A stretch of DNA of 64,000 nt, from assembly GCA_964403695.1 (NCBI GenBank), contig CAYOHF010000001.1, forward strand, positions 38,181 to 102,180, in the 5' to 3' direction. Position 1 is the stretch's first letter; every line of letters begins with the position of its first letter. The stretch comes from an uncultured Woeseiaceae bacterium (GTDB taxonomy: Bacteria > Pseudomonadota > Gammaproteobacteria > Steroidobacterales > Woeseiaceae). The translations under genes and the position numbers were made by a program. Positions 9,566-19,636 of the stretch are shown one piece after another. The notes beneath the pieces are model-generated. The model made no database searches and had not been told where the DNA came from. It worked only from the letters and a program-made list of their open reading frames with translations.

Positions 9566-10906
9566 TCAGAGGATATATCGGCTCAGATCCTCGTCTCTTG
9601 CGAGCTCGGCCAGATGTTCATCGACATACCCGGCATCAACCTCAAGGCTGGTGCCACTTTTATCCGAGGCGTCGAACGATACCGTTTCAAGCAAACGCTC
9701 CATAACAGTATGCAAGCGTCGGGCGCCGATATTTTCGGTATTTTCATTGACCTGGAAGGCAACCTCGGCCAGTCGACGAACGCCACATTCGGTAAAAGTG
9801 AGCCCCACGTCCTCGGTGCCAATCAATGCAGTGTACTGCGAGGTAAGGGATGCATCCGGTTCAGTAAGGATGCGTACGAAATCCTCAGTTGTCAGGGATT
9901 TCAGCTCAACCCTGATCGGGAACCGCCCCTGTAGTTCCGGGATGAGGTCCGACGGCTTGCAAACATGGAAGGCGCCGGAGGCGATAAACAGGATGTGATC
10001 CGTTTTCACCATGCCGTACTTGGTATTGATGGTGGAGCCCTCGACCAGTGGCAGCAAGTCTCTCTGCACACCCTCACGTGATACGTCTGCACCTGTCGCA
10101 CCGGATTGTCGCGCGACTTTGTCGAGTTCGTCGAGAAAGACGATGCCATGCTGCTCGACGGCTTCGAGTGCACGTGACTTCATTTCCTCGTCATCCAGCA
10201 TTTTTGCGGCTTCTTCATCCGTCAACAATTTGAAAGCATCTTTAACTTTCAGCTTTTTTGTTTTCTGACGGTTGCCCGACATATTCTGAAACATGCCCTG
10301 CAACTGGCTGGTCATCTCCTCCATGCCAGGAGGCGCCATGATCTCAACACCGACGGGTATTGCCTGAACTTCGACTTCGATTTCCTTGTCGTCCAGCTTG
10401 CCTTCGCGCAACATCTTGCGAAATTTCTGCCGCGTGTCACCGTCTTTGCTGGCGGGTTCGTTGTCCGCTGTGAATCCGACGCCACGTGGCGGTGGCGGCA
10501 ACAGCGCGTCGAGGATTCGTTCTTCAGCAGCGTCTTCGGCGCGATGGCTGACTTTCGCCATTTCGATCTCGCGCGTCATCTTGACCGCGATGTCCATCAG
10601 GTCGCGAATAATGCTGTCTACCTCGCGACCCACATAGCCCACTTCAGTGAACTTGGTTGCCTCAATTTTGATAAACGGGGCGTTCGCAAGCTTGGCCAGG
10701 CGCCTTGAGATTTCGGTTTTGCCGACTCCGGTAGGACCGATCATCAGGATATTCTTGGGCGTGATCTCGCTTCTTAGTGGCTCGTCAACCTGCACGCGAC
10801 GCCAGCGATTTCTGAGTGCAATGGCTACTGCTCGTTTGGCTTCATCCTGGCCGATGATGTGTTTCTCGAGTTCCTGGACGATTTCTCTGGGTGTCATTTG
10901 TGACAT
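9566..10906 (-). CDS. hslU: ATP-dependent protease ATPase subunit HslU
   Basis: [34 protein letters not shown], Walker [20 protein letters not shown]. Full length, 446 aa. Confidence 0.97.
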   Translation of the reverse strand: MSQMTPREIVQELEKHIIGQDEAKRAVAIALRNRWRRVQVDEPLRSEITPKNILMIGPTGVGKTEISRRLAKLANAPFIKIEATKFTEVGYVGREVDSIIRDLMDIAVKMTREIEMAKVSHRAEDAAEERILDALLPPPPRGVGFTADNEPASKDGDTRQKFRKMLREGKLDDKEIEVEVQAIPVGVEIMAPPGMEEMTSQLQGMFQNMSGNRQKTKKLKVKDAFKLLTDEEAAKMLDDEEMKSRALEAVEQHGIVFLDELDKVARQSGATGADVSREGVQRDLLPLVEGSTINTKYGMVKTDHILFIASGAFHVCKPSDLIPELQGRFPIRVELKSLTTEDFVRILTEPDASLTSQYTALIGTEDVGLTFTECGVRRLAEVAFQVNENTENIGARRLHTVMERLLETVSFDASDKSGTSLEVDAGYVDEHLAELARDEDLSRYIL

Positions 10907-10951
10907 TGTTTAATTCCGTTGCTTTTCGGTATTGGGTCGAATTCTGGCCGC

Positions 10952-11494
10952 TTACTTCGTGTCCGGTAATTCTTCGACAATAATGTTGTGGTTGGTAAAG
11001 ACGCAGATATCGCCGGCGATGCTCAGCGCCTTTTCGACAATCTCCCGTGCTTCCAATTCAGTGTTTTGTAAAAGTGCGAGCGCTGCCGCCTGGGCATAGG
11101 GTCCGCCTGAACCGATTGCCATGAGCTCGTGTTCCGGCTCGATCACGTCGCCATTGCCGGAGATCGTGAACGAAGTTTCCTCGTCAGCGACGCACAGCAA
11201 CGCTTCCAGACGCCGCAGGCGACGATCGGTTCGCCATTCTTTGGCCAGCTCGATCGCGGCCCTGGTCAGGTTGCCGTATTGCTCCAGCTTGCTTTCAAAC
11301 AGCTCGAACAAGGTAAATGCATCCGCGGTACCGCCGGCAAAGCCACCGATGACGCGGCCATTGGCCAGTCTGCGCACCTTTTTGGCGTTGCCCTTCATTA
11401 CGGTATTGCCCATGCTAACCTGGCCGTCGCCGCCGATGGCGACCTTGCCATTGCGGCGTACCGAGACGATTGTTGTCCCTCGAAATTGTTCCAT
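10952..11494 (-). CDS. hslV: ATP-dependent protease subunit HslV
   Basis: The [22 protein letters not shown]-terminal Thr-protease signature, directly upstream of hslU. Confidence 0.97.
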   Translation of the reverse strand: MEQFRGTTIVSVRRNGKVAIGGDGQVSMGNTVMKGNAKKVRRLANGRVIGGFAGGTADAFTLFELFESKLEQYGNLTRAAIELAKEWRTDRRLRRLEALLCVADEETSFTISGNGDVIEPEHELMAIGSGGPYAQAAALALLQNTELEAREIVEKALSIAGDICVFTNHNIIVEELPDTK

Positions 11495-11546
11495 GTGATT
11501 GGTTCCTGGCGTATTGCTTCGATAATTCTTATGTTTCGATAATTGC

Positions 11547-11680
11547 TGTGTAGGAGCCCGCCCAGCGGGCGATTGAAGCCTGATGCGTGCGGCATAGCTT
11601 AATCGCCCGCTGCCACGATCGAAACCCGGATCCAGCTTTCGGACTAGCGTTTCTTTCCGTACGGGCTCCTACGATACTTT
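11547..11680. repeat. cluster of REP-like elements, family A (one intact core plus degenerate inverted copies)
   Basis: gtaggagcccgcccagcgggcgat lies at 11550-11573. It is followed by the degenerate complements aatcgcccgctgcc (about 11601) and cgggctcctacgat (about 11662). Confidence 0.7.
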
Positions 11681-11734
11681 GCTACAATTTTTGTTTTTCG
11701 AGTACGTCAAAATTTCGCCCGTTTCGAGGGCGCG

Positions 11735-12640
11735 CTATTTGTCCTTCAGCCGTGCCCTTGGGTGGGTTTTGTCGTATATCTGGGCCAGATGCTGGAAGTC
11801 AAGGTGTGTATAAATTTGAGTTGTACTGATATTGCTGTGTCCGAGGAGTTCCTGGACCGCTCTGAGATCATGGCTCGACTCCAGCAGATGGGAAGCAAAT
11901 GAGTGCCGGAACAAGTGCGGATAGACCTTGGTGTTAATACCCTGGCGCTTTGCCCAGTGATCAACCCGCGCCTGGACCGAGCGTTGGCTCAGGCGGCTGC
12001 CGCGGTTGCTGACGAATAAGGCCTTTTCGCCGAGCGCGGCCAATAGTCCCCGCTCAGTGTGCCACTGACGCAGGGCCGTGATGGCATGTCTGCCGACCGG
12101 CACGATACGGTCCTTGTTGCCTTTGCCGGTAACCCGCACCGTGCAATCCGCCATATCGACATCACCGATGTTGAGATCTGTTAATTCCGCTAGTCGCAGG
12201 CCGGATGAGTACAGCAACTCAAGCACGGCGCGATCACGGGCGACCAACGGTCCCTCGCCTGGAATGTCGAGTAGTTTTGCCATCCTGTCGGCATCGAGGT
12301 TTTCCGGCAGACGTTTGCCTGCCTTAGGTGCCCGGACCGTTTGCACCGGGTTCTTCTTCACATGTTTTTCACGTAATAAAAAGCGAAAAAACATGCGAAT
12401 CGCGGATAGCCGTCTTTGAATGCTGCGTGGCGCCAGTCCACGACGAAACCAGCCGGCCGATACAGATCGCAGATGATCGTCGTCAACCTGGTCCCATTTT
12501 TTGAGGTCAATGCTATCGCAAAATTCGCTTAGCGCGTTGAGGTCGCGGCGGTAATGCTTACAGGTAAGCTTAGACAAACGGCGCTCGTACTCGAGGTGCC
12601 GTATGAATTTGTCTATCCAGTCTGTTTCGCTCTCAAGCAC
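11735..12640 (-). CDS. xerC: site-specific tyrosine recombinase XerC
   Basis: Full-length Xer-type recombinase (RR.LSA...F; HLFRHSFASHLLE; LGHSNISTTQIYTH) in the conserved DUF484-xerC context near hslVU. Confidence 0.9.
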   Translation of the reverse strand: MLESETDWIDKFIRHLEYERRLSKLTCKHYRRDLNALSEFCDSIDLKKWDQVDDDHLRSVSAGWFRRGLAPRSIQRRLSAIRMFFRFLLREKHVKKNPVQTVRAPKAGKRLPENLDADRMAKLLDIPGEGPLVARDRAVLELLYSSGLRLAELTDLNIGDVDMADCTVRVTGKGNKDRIVPVGRHAITALRQWHTERGLLAALGEKALFVSNRGSRLSQRSVQARVDHWAKRQGINTKVYPHLFRHSFASHLLESSHDLRAVQELLGHSNISTTQIYTHLDFQHLAQIYDKTHPRARLKDK

Positions 12641-12683
12641 CTTGTCAGGCTCGATTGCCCGGACTATTCATTAATCGTCCGGG

Positions 12684-13388
12684 TTAGTAGCGTTTCAACG
12701 TCTCGGCAACGAGTTCGCCGAGGCGGGTCAGAAAGTCGATGCTCATACCGGGATGGAATCGATCTGCATCGCCGCTGCCGATGGCGAGAAAACCCATTGC
12801 CGATTTCTCCCCCAGGGGAATGAGCGCCGCAGAGCCGATTTCATCGGTCTCCTTGCCGAAGAGGAAATCCCGCTGGGCGTCGCGGACCTGTCCACAGCGA
12901 GGCCCGCTGCCGTTTAAAAATGTATTGAATGCTTTCACGCCATCATCGCTGCGTTCGATCGGCAGGAAAAATCGCCCGGCATTGATGTCTTTAAATAACT
13001 CAGGATTACCAAACAGTACCAGGATCGATTGATTGGCGTCGAAACCGGTACGCAGTGTTTCCTCGATGATGGTCAAAGTTGTACTCAGATCATCGGCGGC
13101 TATCAGGCTAAGGGCGAGGCCATGAATTTTCTCCGCCAACGAATCGTTCGCCCGCGCAACCTCGAGCAACTCCTTGAGTTGGCGTTCCAGTTTGAGGTCT
13201 TTTTGTCGTAAAACGGAAACCTGCCGCTCCACCAGTGATACGGCACCACCCGCTACATGTGGCAGTCGCAGCGAGCCCAGAAGGGCCCCATGCCGCTCAA
13301 AAAAATCGGGGTGTTCGCTCAGATAATCGTGAATGGCGCTTTCCGAAAGATCCTCATCGACGAACTCCGTTTTTCGTTGTGTGCTCAT
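12684..13388 (-). CDS. DUF484 family protein (YigA-like, GAF-type fold)
   Basis: N-terminus DYLSEHPDFFERH..LL..L.LPH...GAVSLVERQV..LR, typical of DUF484, immediately upstream of xerC as in many Gammaproteobacteria. Confidence 0.8.
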   Translation of the reverse strand: MSTQRKTEFVDEDLSESAIHDYLSEHPDFFERHGALLGSLRLPHVAGGAVSLVERQVSVLRQKDLKLERQLKELLEVARANDSLAEKIHGLALSLIAADDLSTTLTIIEETLRTGFDANQSILVLFGNPELFKDINAGRFFLPIERSDDGVKAFNTFLNGSGPRCGQVRDAQRDFLFGKETDEIGSAALIPLGEKSAMGFLAIGSGDADRFHPGMSIDFLTRLGELVAETLKRY

Positions 13389-13622
13389 AAATTCAGATTT
13401 CCCCTGCGTCCTGCTCTGCGGCTCAGCTTAACACGACTCAGTGACTCTGCAGTTCAGTGTCGACGAAGGCGAAAGCGACAGATAATGGGCCATTTTGATC
13501 ATGCGAAAAAACTCTGCCGTGTTTCCCGGGCAAGTTTAAGTGTTAATGGACATTTCGGTTCTGCGACGGTATTTTACATAAACCAATAACTACATAAAAA
13601 AATTCGTCTCCGGGGACAAAAA

Positions 13623-14261
13623 ATGCGACACATAATGGTCATGAACGCCAAGGGTGGCTGCGGCAAAAGCACTCTTGCAACAAATCTGGCTGCGTACTAT
13701 GCAGATGCAGGCTATGGCGTAGCACTTGCAGATTACGATCCGCAGCGAACGAGCCTCGACTGGCTTGAACGACGCCCGGACAGTCGGCCCAAAATTGCTG
13801 CAATCGCCGGGTTTGAGGACGGTCTGAAGCACGCACCGCGCCAGGCTGACTACGTGATTATCGATGCACCGGCACGCTCGCACGGTAAGGAGCTCACTGA
13901 CCTGGTGCGACATGCAGAGACGATAATCATCCCCGTCCTGCCATCGACGATCGACATGCAGGCATCGGACCGCTTCATTAAAGAACTCCAAGCGGTTGGC
14001 AAGGTTAATCGCAAACAAGCGAAAATTGGCGTGGTCGCAAACCGTGTGCGTGAATACACGTTGATTTATGAAGAGCTTGATGAGCACCTTACGGCAATGA
14101 GGGTGCCGTACCTGGCGTCATTACGCGAAGCGCAGAACTACGTTCGTGCCTATACGCGTGGACTGGGTATCTTCGAGTTGCCGGAATACCTCGCCTGGCC
14201 CGACTGGGAGCAGTGGGAGCCATTGACCAAGTGGCTTCGCAGCGTACGTAGCCAGCCGTAG
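13623..14261 (+). CDS. ParA/MinD-family P-loop ATPase (orphan)
   Basis: Deviant Walker A MNAKGGCGKSTLATNLA, then DYDPQ.TS and IIDAPA. No parB or replication gene is adjacent. Confidence 0.8.
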   Translation: MRHIMVMNAKGGCGKSTLATNLAAYYADAGYGVALADYDPQRTSLDWLERRPDSRPKIAAIAGFEDGLKHAPRQADYVIIDAPARSHGKELTDLVRHAETIIIPVLPSTIDMQASDRFIKELQAVGKVNRKQAKIGVVANRVREYTLIYEELDEHLTAMRVPYLASLREAQNYVRAYTRGLGIFELPEYLAWPDWEQWEPLTKWLRSVRSQP

Positions 14262-14483
14262 GAGCTCGCCCAGCGGGCGATAAAGCTCAATTTTCGTGAT
14301 TATCTGTGGTTTGCCAGGTGTGGCTTTCGTGCGGCTGTGGTTGGCTGTGCTTTGCAAATAATAAAAACCGGGGTCGAACCGAGGTTTTCAATCGACATCT
14401 GTTGATAGTTGAGATGAGGTGCTAGAAAACCTCGGTTCGACCCCGGTTTTTATTATTTGTCAGCCCGCAGGGCGCGCTCCTAC
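14258..14483. repeat. REP family A pair (one intact, one degenerate copy) flanking a nested long hairpin
   Basis: gtaggagctcgcccagcgggcgat at 14258-14281 overlaps the ParA-like stop codon. A degenerate inverted copy gcccgcagggcgcgctcctac lies at about 14463-14483. Confidence 0.65.
14355..14459. repeat. perfect 35-bp inverted repeat with a 35-nt loop (long hairpin; possible bidirectional terminator or miniature element)
   Basis: caaataataaaaaccggggtcgaaccgaggttttc (14355-14389) is the exact reverse complement of gaaaacctcggttcgaccccggtttttattatttg (14425-14459). It lies between the convergent ParA-like and SDR genes. Confidence 0.8.
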
Positions 14484-14569
14484 GGTACCTCGCTACAACT
14501 TTCTGGTTCCGGGTTGGTAACAGGCTTTGCCGGTTATTTGGTCAGATCGCCGTATCCGGGTCTGGCGAT

Positions 14570-15445
14570 TCATTGATTAGCCTGCTTTTTCAGCAGGTTG
14601 TCTTCGATAAGACTGGCCTTGATGCCGTCTTCCGCATTTGCATAGGTGGGCGAAAACTTCAGGGTCTCGCGCATTTTGGTCGCATCGAGTTTTCTGGATT
14701 CAGATAGAAACGAGAGTCGTGTAGCACTAAATGTTGCCAGTGCCTCCTCACGGGTAATTGCCGGCGGCGGATCGAGGCCGGCCATTCCAGCTACGGTGTT
14801 TGCGAACCAGGTTGGACTCCTGAAGTCGCCATCGGCGACATTGTAGATGCCTGGCGCCTTGCTGCTGGTCATCGCAGTAATGCAGCATGCCGCGAGGTCG
14901 TCGACATGAATGCGGTTGCCGGGATTAGACGCTGTCTCAGACAGAACCGCTTTTCCTGTACGAATTTTCTCTATTCCAAGCCGGCCAGGGCCATAGATTG
15001 CCGGTGTTCTGAGGATGAATAACTCGCACTCCCTTTTGCTGCACCATTGTTGCAGCATTTCTTCCGCAGCAAATCGCCGTCGTGCACGGTCTGTTACGGG
15101 CCTGGGGGAATCGGTTTCGCTCACCAGCCTGCCTGCACAATTTCCGTAGACGCCACTGGTGCTGACGTATACAAAACGCTCAGGCGATGGATCGAGCATC
15201 GCCAGAAAGCGCTCCAGCCGGGTGTCTTGTAACGAATCAGGAGACGGTGGCACCGTATAAAGTAATGAGAATCGGGGCGGCAATCGGAGTTCTGCTGCAT
15301 CGGCATGATCGAGATCGAGCACTACCAGCCGTTCATCCGCAAAATCAGCGTTGGGTGAGCGGTTTATCCCCAAAGCCCTCTCCGCCGGTAGTCTCGACAA
15401 GACACGTTGACCCGTGTAGCCAACACCGTTGACGATGAAATGCAT
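14570..15445 (-). CDS. NAD-dependent epimerase/dehydratase-type SDR family protein
   Basis: Rossmann-like N-terminus FIVNGVGYTGQRVL, Y..SSGVYG-type motif (VSTSGVYGN), 291 aa from MHFIV. The ORF-track start (15514) would overlap hemY. Confidence 0.65.
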   Translation of the reverse strand: MHFIVNGVGYTGQRVLSRLPAERALGINRSPNADFADERLVVLDLDHADAAELRLPPRFSLLYTVPPSPDSLQDTRLERFLAMLDPSPERFVYVSTSGVYGNCAGRLVSETDSPRPVTDRARRRFAAEEMLQQWCSKRECELFILRTPAIYGPGRLGIEKIRTGKAVLSETASNPGNRIHVDDLAACCITAMTSSKAPGIYNVADGDFRSPTWFANTVAGMAGLDPPPAITREEALATFSATRLSFLSESRKLDATKMRETLKFSPTYANAEDGIKASLIEDNLLKKQANQ

Positions 15446-15455
15446 TGGCGGACTG

Positions 15456-16664
15456 CTACTCGTCGTCCGCATCCGGTTCGAGGTGTGGAATGGCCGGGAT
15501 TGGTGAACGCGCAACCAGGCTCAAACCGGATCGATAAGCGTCTGCTGCGGCGTCGCCTTCACCCAGTTGATTCAGCAGCCGGCCGAATTCCTGATAGGCA
15601 TCCGGTGTCGGGCGAATCGCGATGACTGTCTCCAGGTAACTGCGTGCCTTGCCCCACAATTCATTGCGCAGGCACAGGCGCGCTGCAGCGAGCAACAAAT
15701 CGACGTCCTCACCATGATTCCTGAGCCAGCCTTCTGCTTTGTTGAGTTGCCGCGTCGGATCGTCGGCCTCAACGATGCCGTACAAACGCACCAGCGGGGG
15801 CCGCCACTCGCGGCGCAATTCGGCTGCGATCTCTTTCTCCGCCTGGGCATGCATGCCGGTTCGTATCAGGCTGGAAAAATAGGCCTCCAGCAGTTCAATA
15901 TCCTTTTTCTGTTGTTTGGGCAGTTTTTTCCAGACCAGTTGCACTGCAGCTCCGTCTGCAGCCGAGCGCAGGTGTTCCTGGTAGACACGCAGCGACCACT
16001 GGTGCAGCGTCGCCGCATCGATACGCCCGTGTTTGGTCAAACGGGGCAGCAAATCTGCCAGGTGTTGCCAATCGTTAAGGCGAAAATAGAGCCGGCCGAG
16101 GAGCACCAGCGCATGCGAGTGGTTTGGTGTGTTTTCCTCAATCTTGCGAAGCGTCGCGAGTGCAGGTTCATATTGCCCCTGGTCGAGTTGCAATTCGGCC
16201 TGCGTCAACAGCACTGCGTTCGCGGCCTCTGGAGATTGTTCGTAGGCCAGTCGCAACCAGCCATCACGCCGGTCATCCTGACCGAGCAGGTGGGCGGCAC
16301 GTGCCGCCTGCAGATAATTGAGCAGCGGTGCATCACTGATTCCGGCTGAGCGCGTCAGCAATCGTTCACCTTTCGCGAAGTTACCTTCGGCAACCTCGAT
16401 GATTCCCCGGGTGAGCCGCTGACCGGCACGACCGGCACGGTAACGGCCGGCAGCCTCCCCCAGTTTTCGCGGGGCGTGAAATAACTTAATGGTGAACCAT
16501 ATGGTAATCAGCAGCAGAACAAATATTGCCAGCAGAATCGGTACCGACATCTCCACCAGGTAGCCGCGAAAGCTAATGACGACATAGCCTGGATCCTGTA
16601 ACAACAGGCTGGCGGCCAGTGCACTGAGAATCAGCGCCACAATAAAGATGAGGCCGAATTTCAT
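15456..16664 (-). CDS. hemY: HemY-like TPR membrane protein (haem biosynthesis-associated)
   Basis: Two N-terminal TM helices followed by TPR-like repeats. It is last in the hemC-hemD-hemX-hemY order, and its start overlaps the hemX stop by 4 nt. Confidence 0.8.
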   Translation of the reverse strand: MKFGLIFIVALILSALAASLLLQDPGYVVISFRGYLVEMSVPILLAIFVLLLITIWFTIKLFHAPRKLGEAAGRYRAGRAGQRLTRGIIEVAEGNFAKGERLLTRSAGISDAPLLNYLQAARAAHLLGQDDRRDGWLRLAYEQSPEAANAVLLTQAELQLDQGQYEPALATLRKIEENTPNHSHALVLLGRLYFRLNDWQHLADLLPRLTKHGRIDAATLHQWSLRVYQEHLRSAADGAAVQLVWKKLPKQQKKDIELLEAYFSSLIRTGMHAQAEKEIAAELRREWRPPLVRLYGIVEADDPTRQLNKAEGWLRNHGEDVDLLLAAARLCLRNELWGKARSYLETVIAIRPTPDAYQEFGRLLNQLGEGDAAADAYRSGLSLVARSPIPAIPHLEPDADDE

Positions 16665-17941
16665 TGCTGCAGCTCTTCCTCTTGCTCTGGTTCCGGATCT
16701 GGCTCGACCTCGGTTTCATTAGCAGGCTGTGCCAGGGCCTCCGCGAGGCCGTTGAATTGTCGCAACGCGCGCAAAGAATGCGATATATCGGGTACGGCAA
16801 CGGAGAATACGCTACCGCGAATCTCAGTAATGGTCTCCTGAGCGCCTTGTACCGCAGTATTGCTGGTGTCGTAATATTCGTTCAGCCAGGCAGATGCATC
16901 ATCCAGGCTTTGTGAAAAAATCGCTTCCTCGCTCCTGAGCACGGCAAGCCTCGCGGCCTGCAATTGCAATGCGAGATTAGCCCGCAGAAAATATTGCGCT
17001 TCCGGTGCCATGAGCGGCTGCATGGACTCATCGATTCGCCGCACGGAGACCACGCCACCGAGTGCGTTCTTCAACGATGCGTAGGCACGATCGGCGCCGG
17101 TCAAATCCGGATCAAGCAGTGTGCTGTCAGCAGTCTGTACGACGACTTCCTGTCGTAGTGGCAGCGAGTCAACCACACTGGCAAGGCTTGCCAGCGTCAG
17201 CGTAATACCTTCTGTGTCGGGGCTTTCCATAACTTCCAGTGCGCGCAGTTCATTCGACAAAGCACGCCTGACTTCTGTCAGCCCCGGGTCCGCAAGCTGC
17301 AAGATGCGCTCATCGGCCAGCTTCAATGCGAGGCTTGCAAGTTCCGGATTGCCGGCGAGTTGTAGCTGCGCATTCGCAATCTGCATGTAGTATTCCGCTT
17401 CCGCCAGGAGCCAGGCGTCTCTGGCGCCGGTCGAGATTCCCTGTAGCGATGACACGGTTGCCTCAATGTTTGATAACCGGGCTGGCACGACTTCGAATTG
17501 GCGCAGACGGGAATTTAGCCGCTGTTCGATTGCAGCAATTTCGGCGTTGCCCGATGCCCTGGTTGTGCCGAGCGCTGCTACCTTTTGCTCCAGTGCGTCC
17601 AGCGCAGCCCTGGTGGCCCGTACTGATGCCGAGAATGTCGCTATGCTTGTGTCACTGTCGTTCATCGCCCCGGCAGCACCGCGATTCTGCAGATAAGTGA
17701 GCGCAAACGCTCCCAGCGCGGTGACAGACAGAAGCAGGGCGAGCCAGATGACCAGGCCATTGCCTTGTCTTCGGGCGGGTACAGTTGATGGGGTTTTTCC
17801 ATTTGACGACGCCAAGCCAATACCCGCCTCTGCCGATTCAGGCGTCCAGTCCTGTGATACCTCGGCTTCATCCGCGTTACCGACGTTGTCGGCTAAATCG
17901 CCCGTTTCTTCTGTCGTTTCAGTGGTCTTTTTCTTGCTCAT
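16661..17941 (-). CDS. hemX: HemX family protein (annotated in databases as uroporphyrinogen-III C-methyltransferase-like)
   Basis: An acidic N-terminus, a single TM helix (LVIWLALLLSVTALGAFAL), then a long alpha-helical periplasmic region. It occupies the slot between hemD and hemY. Confidence 0.75.
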   Translation of the reverse strand: MSKKKTTETTEETGDLADNVGNADEAEVSQDWTPESAEAGIGLASSNGKTPSTVPARRQGNGLVIWLALLLSVTALGAFALTYLQNRGAAGAMNDSDTSIATFSASVRATRAALDALEQKVAALGTTRASGNAEIAAIEQRLNSRLRQFEVVPARLSNIEATVSSLQGISTGARDAWLLAEAEYYMQIANAQLQLAGNPELASLALKLADERILQLADPGLTEVRRALSNELRALEVMESPDTEGITLTLASLASVVDSLPLRQEVVVQTADSTLLDPDLTGADRAYASLKNALGGVVSVRRIDESMQPLMAPEAQYFLRANLALQLQAARLAVLRSEEAIFSQSLDDASAWLNEYYDTSNTAVQGAQETITEIRGSVFSVAVPDISHSLRALRQFNGLAEALAQPANETEVEPDPEPEQEEELQQ

Positions 17942-18717
17942 TAATTCTGTCCGGATTGCCGTAGCGCGATCAATGCGCTGATTATATCGGCGGCCTGTGG
18001 TCCCGGTGCCAGTATTGTAGAAATACCGGGAATTGACTCCTCAGCTGTTTGTATCACACGAGTACTGGGCGCCACCAGTGGCGTTTCTACCAACAGCTCG
18101 CGACACGCCACCGGTAACAACTGCAGCATATTGTGCAGCGTTTCCACGCTCATTACAGTCACGCAATCGATCTCACTGCTGCTCCAGCATTTCTCGAGTG
18201 CAGCAAGCTCAGCTGCCGATGCGCAATGCAGCTGACGTTCGTAAACCGGCAGGTAATGAATCGTGGCGCCACGTGAACGCAGGATTCTTGCGAGCTTCTC
18301 ACGACCGTCCGCGCCGCGAACAATGACGATTGTCTTACCGGCGACGTCCTGCAGCTCGGGATGGGCGAGCAGTTGCTCACTATCGCTGCCCTGTTCAGGA
18401 ACGATATCGACATGCGTCCCGTTTTCTTCCACCGCTGCTTTGGTTGCCGGGCCGACCACAGCGATCAGTGAGTTGCCGGTGTCGATTGCGGCCAGGCCAT
18501 AAACGACAGCATTGCGACTGACGAATACGATGATGTCGGGCTGTGGCAATGCTGCGAATACGGTGCCGACGTCCCCTGCAGCGGCGCCGACGATATCAAT
18601 AACCGGAAAACGGATGGCACGACCACCAGCATCTGCAATTGCGTCCGCCAGCTCAGCGGACTGTCCAGCGGGACGGGTTACCAGCACCCCGTATCCGGCC
18701 AGCGCGGCTTCGCTCAC
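17941..18717 (-). CDS. hemD: uroporphyrinogen-III synthase
   Basis: 258-aa HEM4-type protein (LAGYGVLVTRPAGQSAELADAI...G..AIRFPVI). It overlaps the hemC stop by 4 nt. Confidence 0.85.
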   Translation of the reverse strand: MSEAALAGYGVLVTRPAGQSAELADAIADAGGRAIRFPVIDIVGAAAGDVGTVFAALPQPDIIVFVSRNAVVYGLAAIDTGNSLIAVVGPATKAAVEENGTHVDIVPEQGSDSEQLLAHPELQDVAGKTIVIVRGADGREKLARILRSRGATIHYLPVYERQLHCASAAELAALEKCWSSSEIDCVTVMSVETLHNMLQLLPVACRELLVETPLVAPSTRVIQTAEESIPGISTILAPGPQAADIISALIALRQSGQN

Positions 18718-19631
18718 TCGCCGACCTCTTCGAGCATTGCACCAGCGCCATTTTCGAGCAGGCGCGTTGCAACCTCAATACCGAGCAGCGCGGCATCTTC
18801 TGCACTGCCGGAGATCTGCTCGCGAAGTACTTTGCTGCCATCGGGCAATGCAACCAATGCCTCTATTGTTAAAACGTCAGCATCAATGCTGGCGAAACTG
18901 GCAACCGGCGACTGGCAATTGGCCTGCAAGGTCTCGGCGACGGCCCGTTCTGCAGTCGTCGTCATTTTTGTTGCAGCATGTTCGAGTGACGTCAATACCT
19001 CGCGTAAATCGCCGCGGTCCTGCAGGCATTCAATGCCAATGACACCCTGGGCCGCTGCGGGCAACATTTTTTCCGTGCTGAATTCTTCGGTGATATTTGA
19101 CTGCAGGCCCAGTCGCTGCAGCCCGGCGCTTGCCAGGATGATGGCATCGTATTGACCATCACGCAGTTTTTGCAGGCGCGTATTTACATTGCCACGTAAC
19201 GGCTGCACAACCACGTCAGGCCGTTGTGCTTTTAATTGCGCCTGGCGCCTGAGGCTGGAGCTGCCAATGCATGCACCGTGCGGCAGCTGCGTAAAAGTCT
19301 TGTCGGTAGCGGAGACAAAGGCATCGGCTGAGCTGGCGCGCTCTAACACTGCGGCAATACAAAACCCGGCGGGGATGTCCGCCGGCACATCCTTCATAGA
19401 GTGCACGGCAATGTCAGCCTCGCCAGCCTGCATAGCCACTTCGAGTTCTTTGATAAAGAGACCTTTGCCACCGATTTTTTGCAGGCTTTTGTCGAGAATC
19501 TCATCACCGCGCGTGGACAACGGCACCAGCACAACAGTTGCGACCTGCGGCAGCTCGCGAAGTTTTTCAGCGACATGCTCAGCCTGCCACAGTGCAAGCT
19601 CGCTTTTTCGCGTTGCAATTCGAATATCCAA
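18714..19631 (-). CDS. hemC: hydroxymethylbilane synthase (porphobilinogen deaminase)
   Basis: IRIATRKSELALWQAEHV...TRGD......IGGKGLF.KELE....G.ADIAVHSMKD and RGNV.TRL.KL are canonical HemC motifs. Confidence 0.95.
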   Translation of the reverse strand: MDIRIATRKSELALWQAEHVAEKLRELPQVATVVLVPLSTRGDEILDKSLQKIGGKGLFIKELEVAMQAGEADIAVHSMKDVPADIPAGFCIAAVLERASSADAFVSATDKTFTQLPHGACIGSSSLRRQAQLKAQRPDVVVQPLRGNVNTRLQKLRDGQYDAIILASAGLQRLGLQSNITEEFSTEKMLPAAAQGVIGIECLQDRGDLREVLTSLEHAATKMTTTAERAVAETLQANCQSPVASFASIDADVLTIEALVALPDGSKVLREQISGSAEDAALLGIEVATRLLENGAGAMLEEVGE

Positions 19632-19636
19632 CTTAT

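Noticed and set aside
11735-12640. Tyrosine recombinase as a marker of an integrated mobile element
   Set aside because: The sequence and its context (DUF484 upstream, hslVU downstream) identify it as the housekeeping XerC. No att-like repeats, phage genes or tRNA target are nearby.
13590-14087. 165-aa minus-strand ORF
   Set aside because: It is antisense to the ParA-like ATPase gene, which carries a clear deviant Walker A motif.
13623-14261. ParA-like ATPase as evidence of a plasmid or partition locus
   Set aside because: There is no parB, centromere-like repeat array or replication gene. The flanking genes are chromosomal housekeeping genes.
14371-14447. tRNA-like fragment (ggttcgacccc resembles a T-arm)
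   Set aside because: The segment is simply one arm of a perfect 35-bp palindrome. No acceptor stem, anticodon arm or D-arm can be drawn.
15567-16349. 260-aa plus-strand ORF
   Set aside because: It is antisense to hemY, which sits in the conserved hemC-D-X-Y order. It has no recognisable domain.
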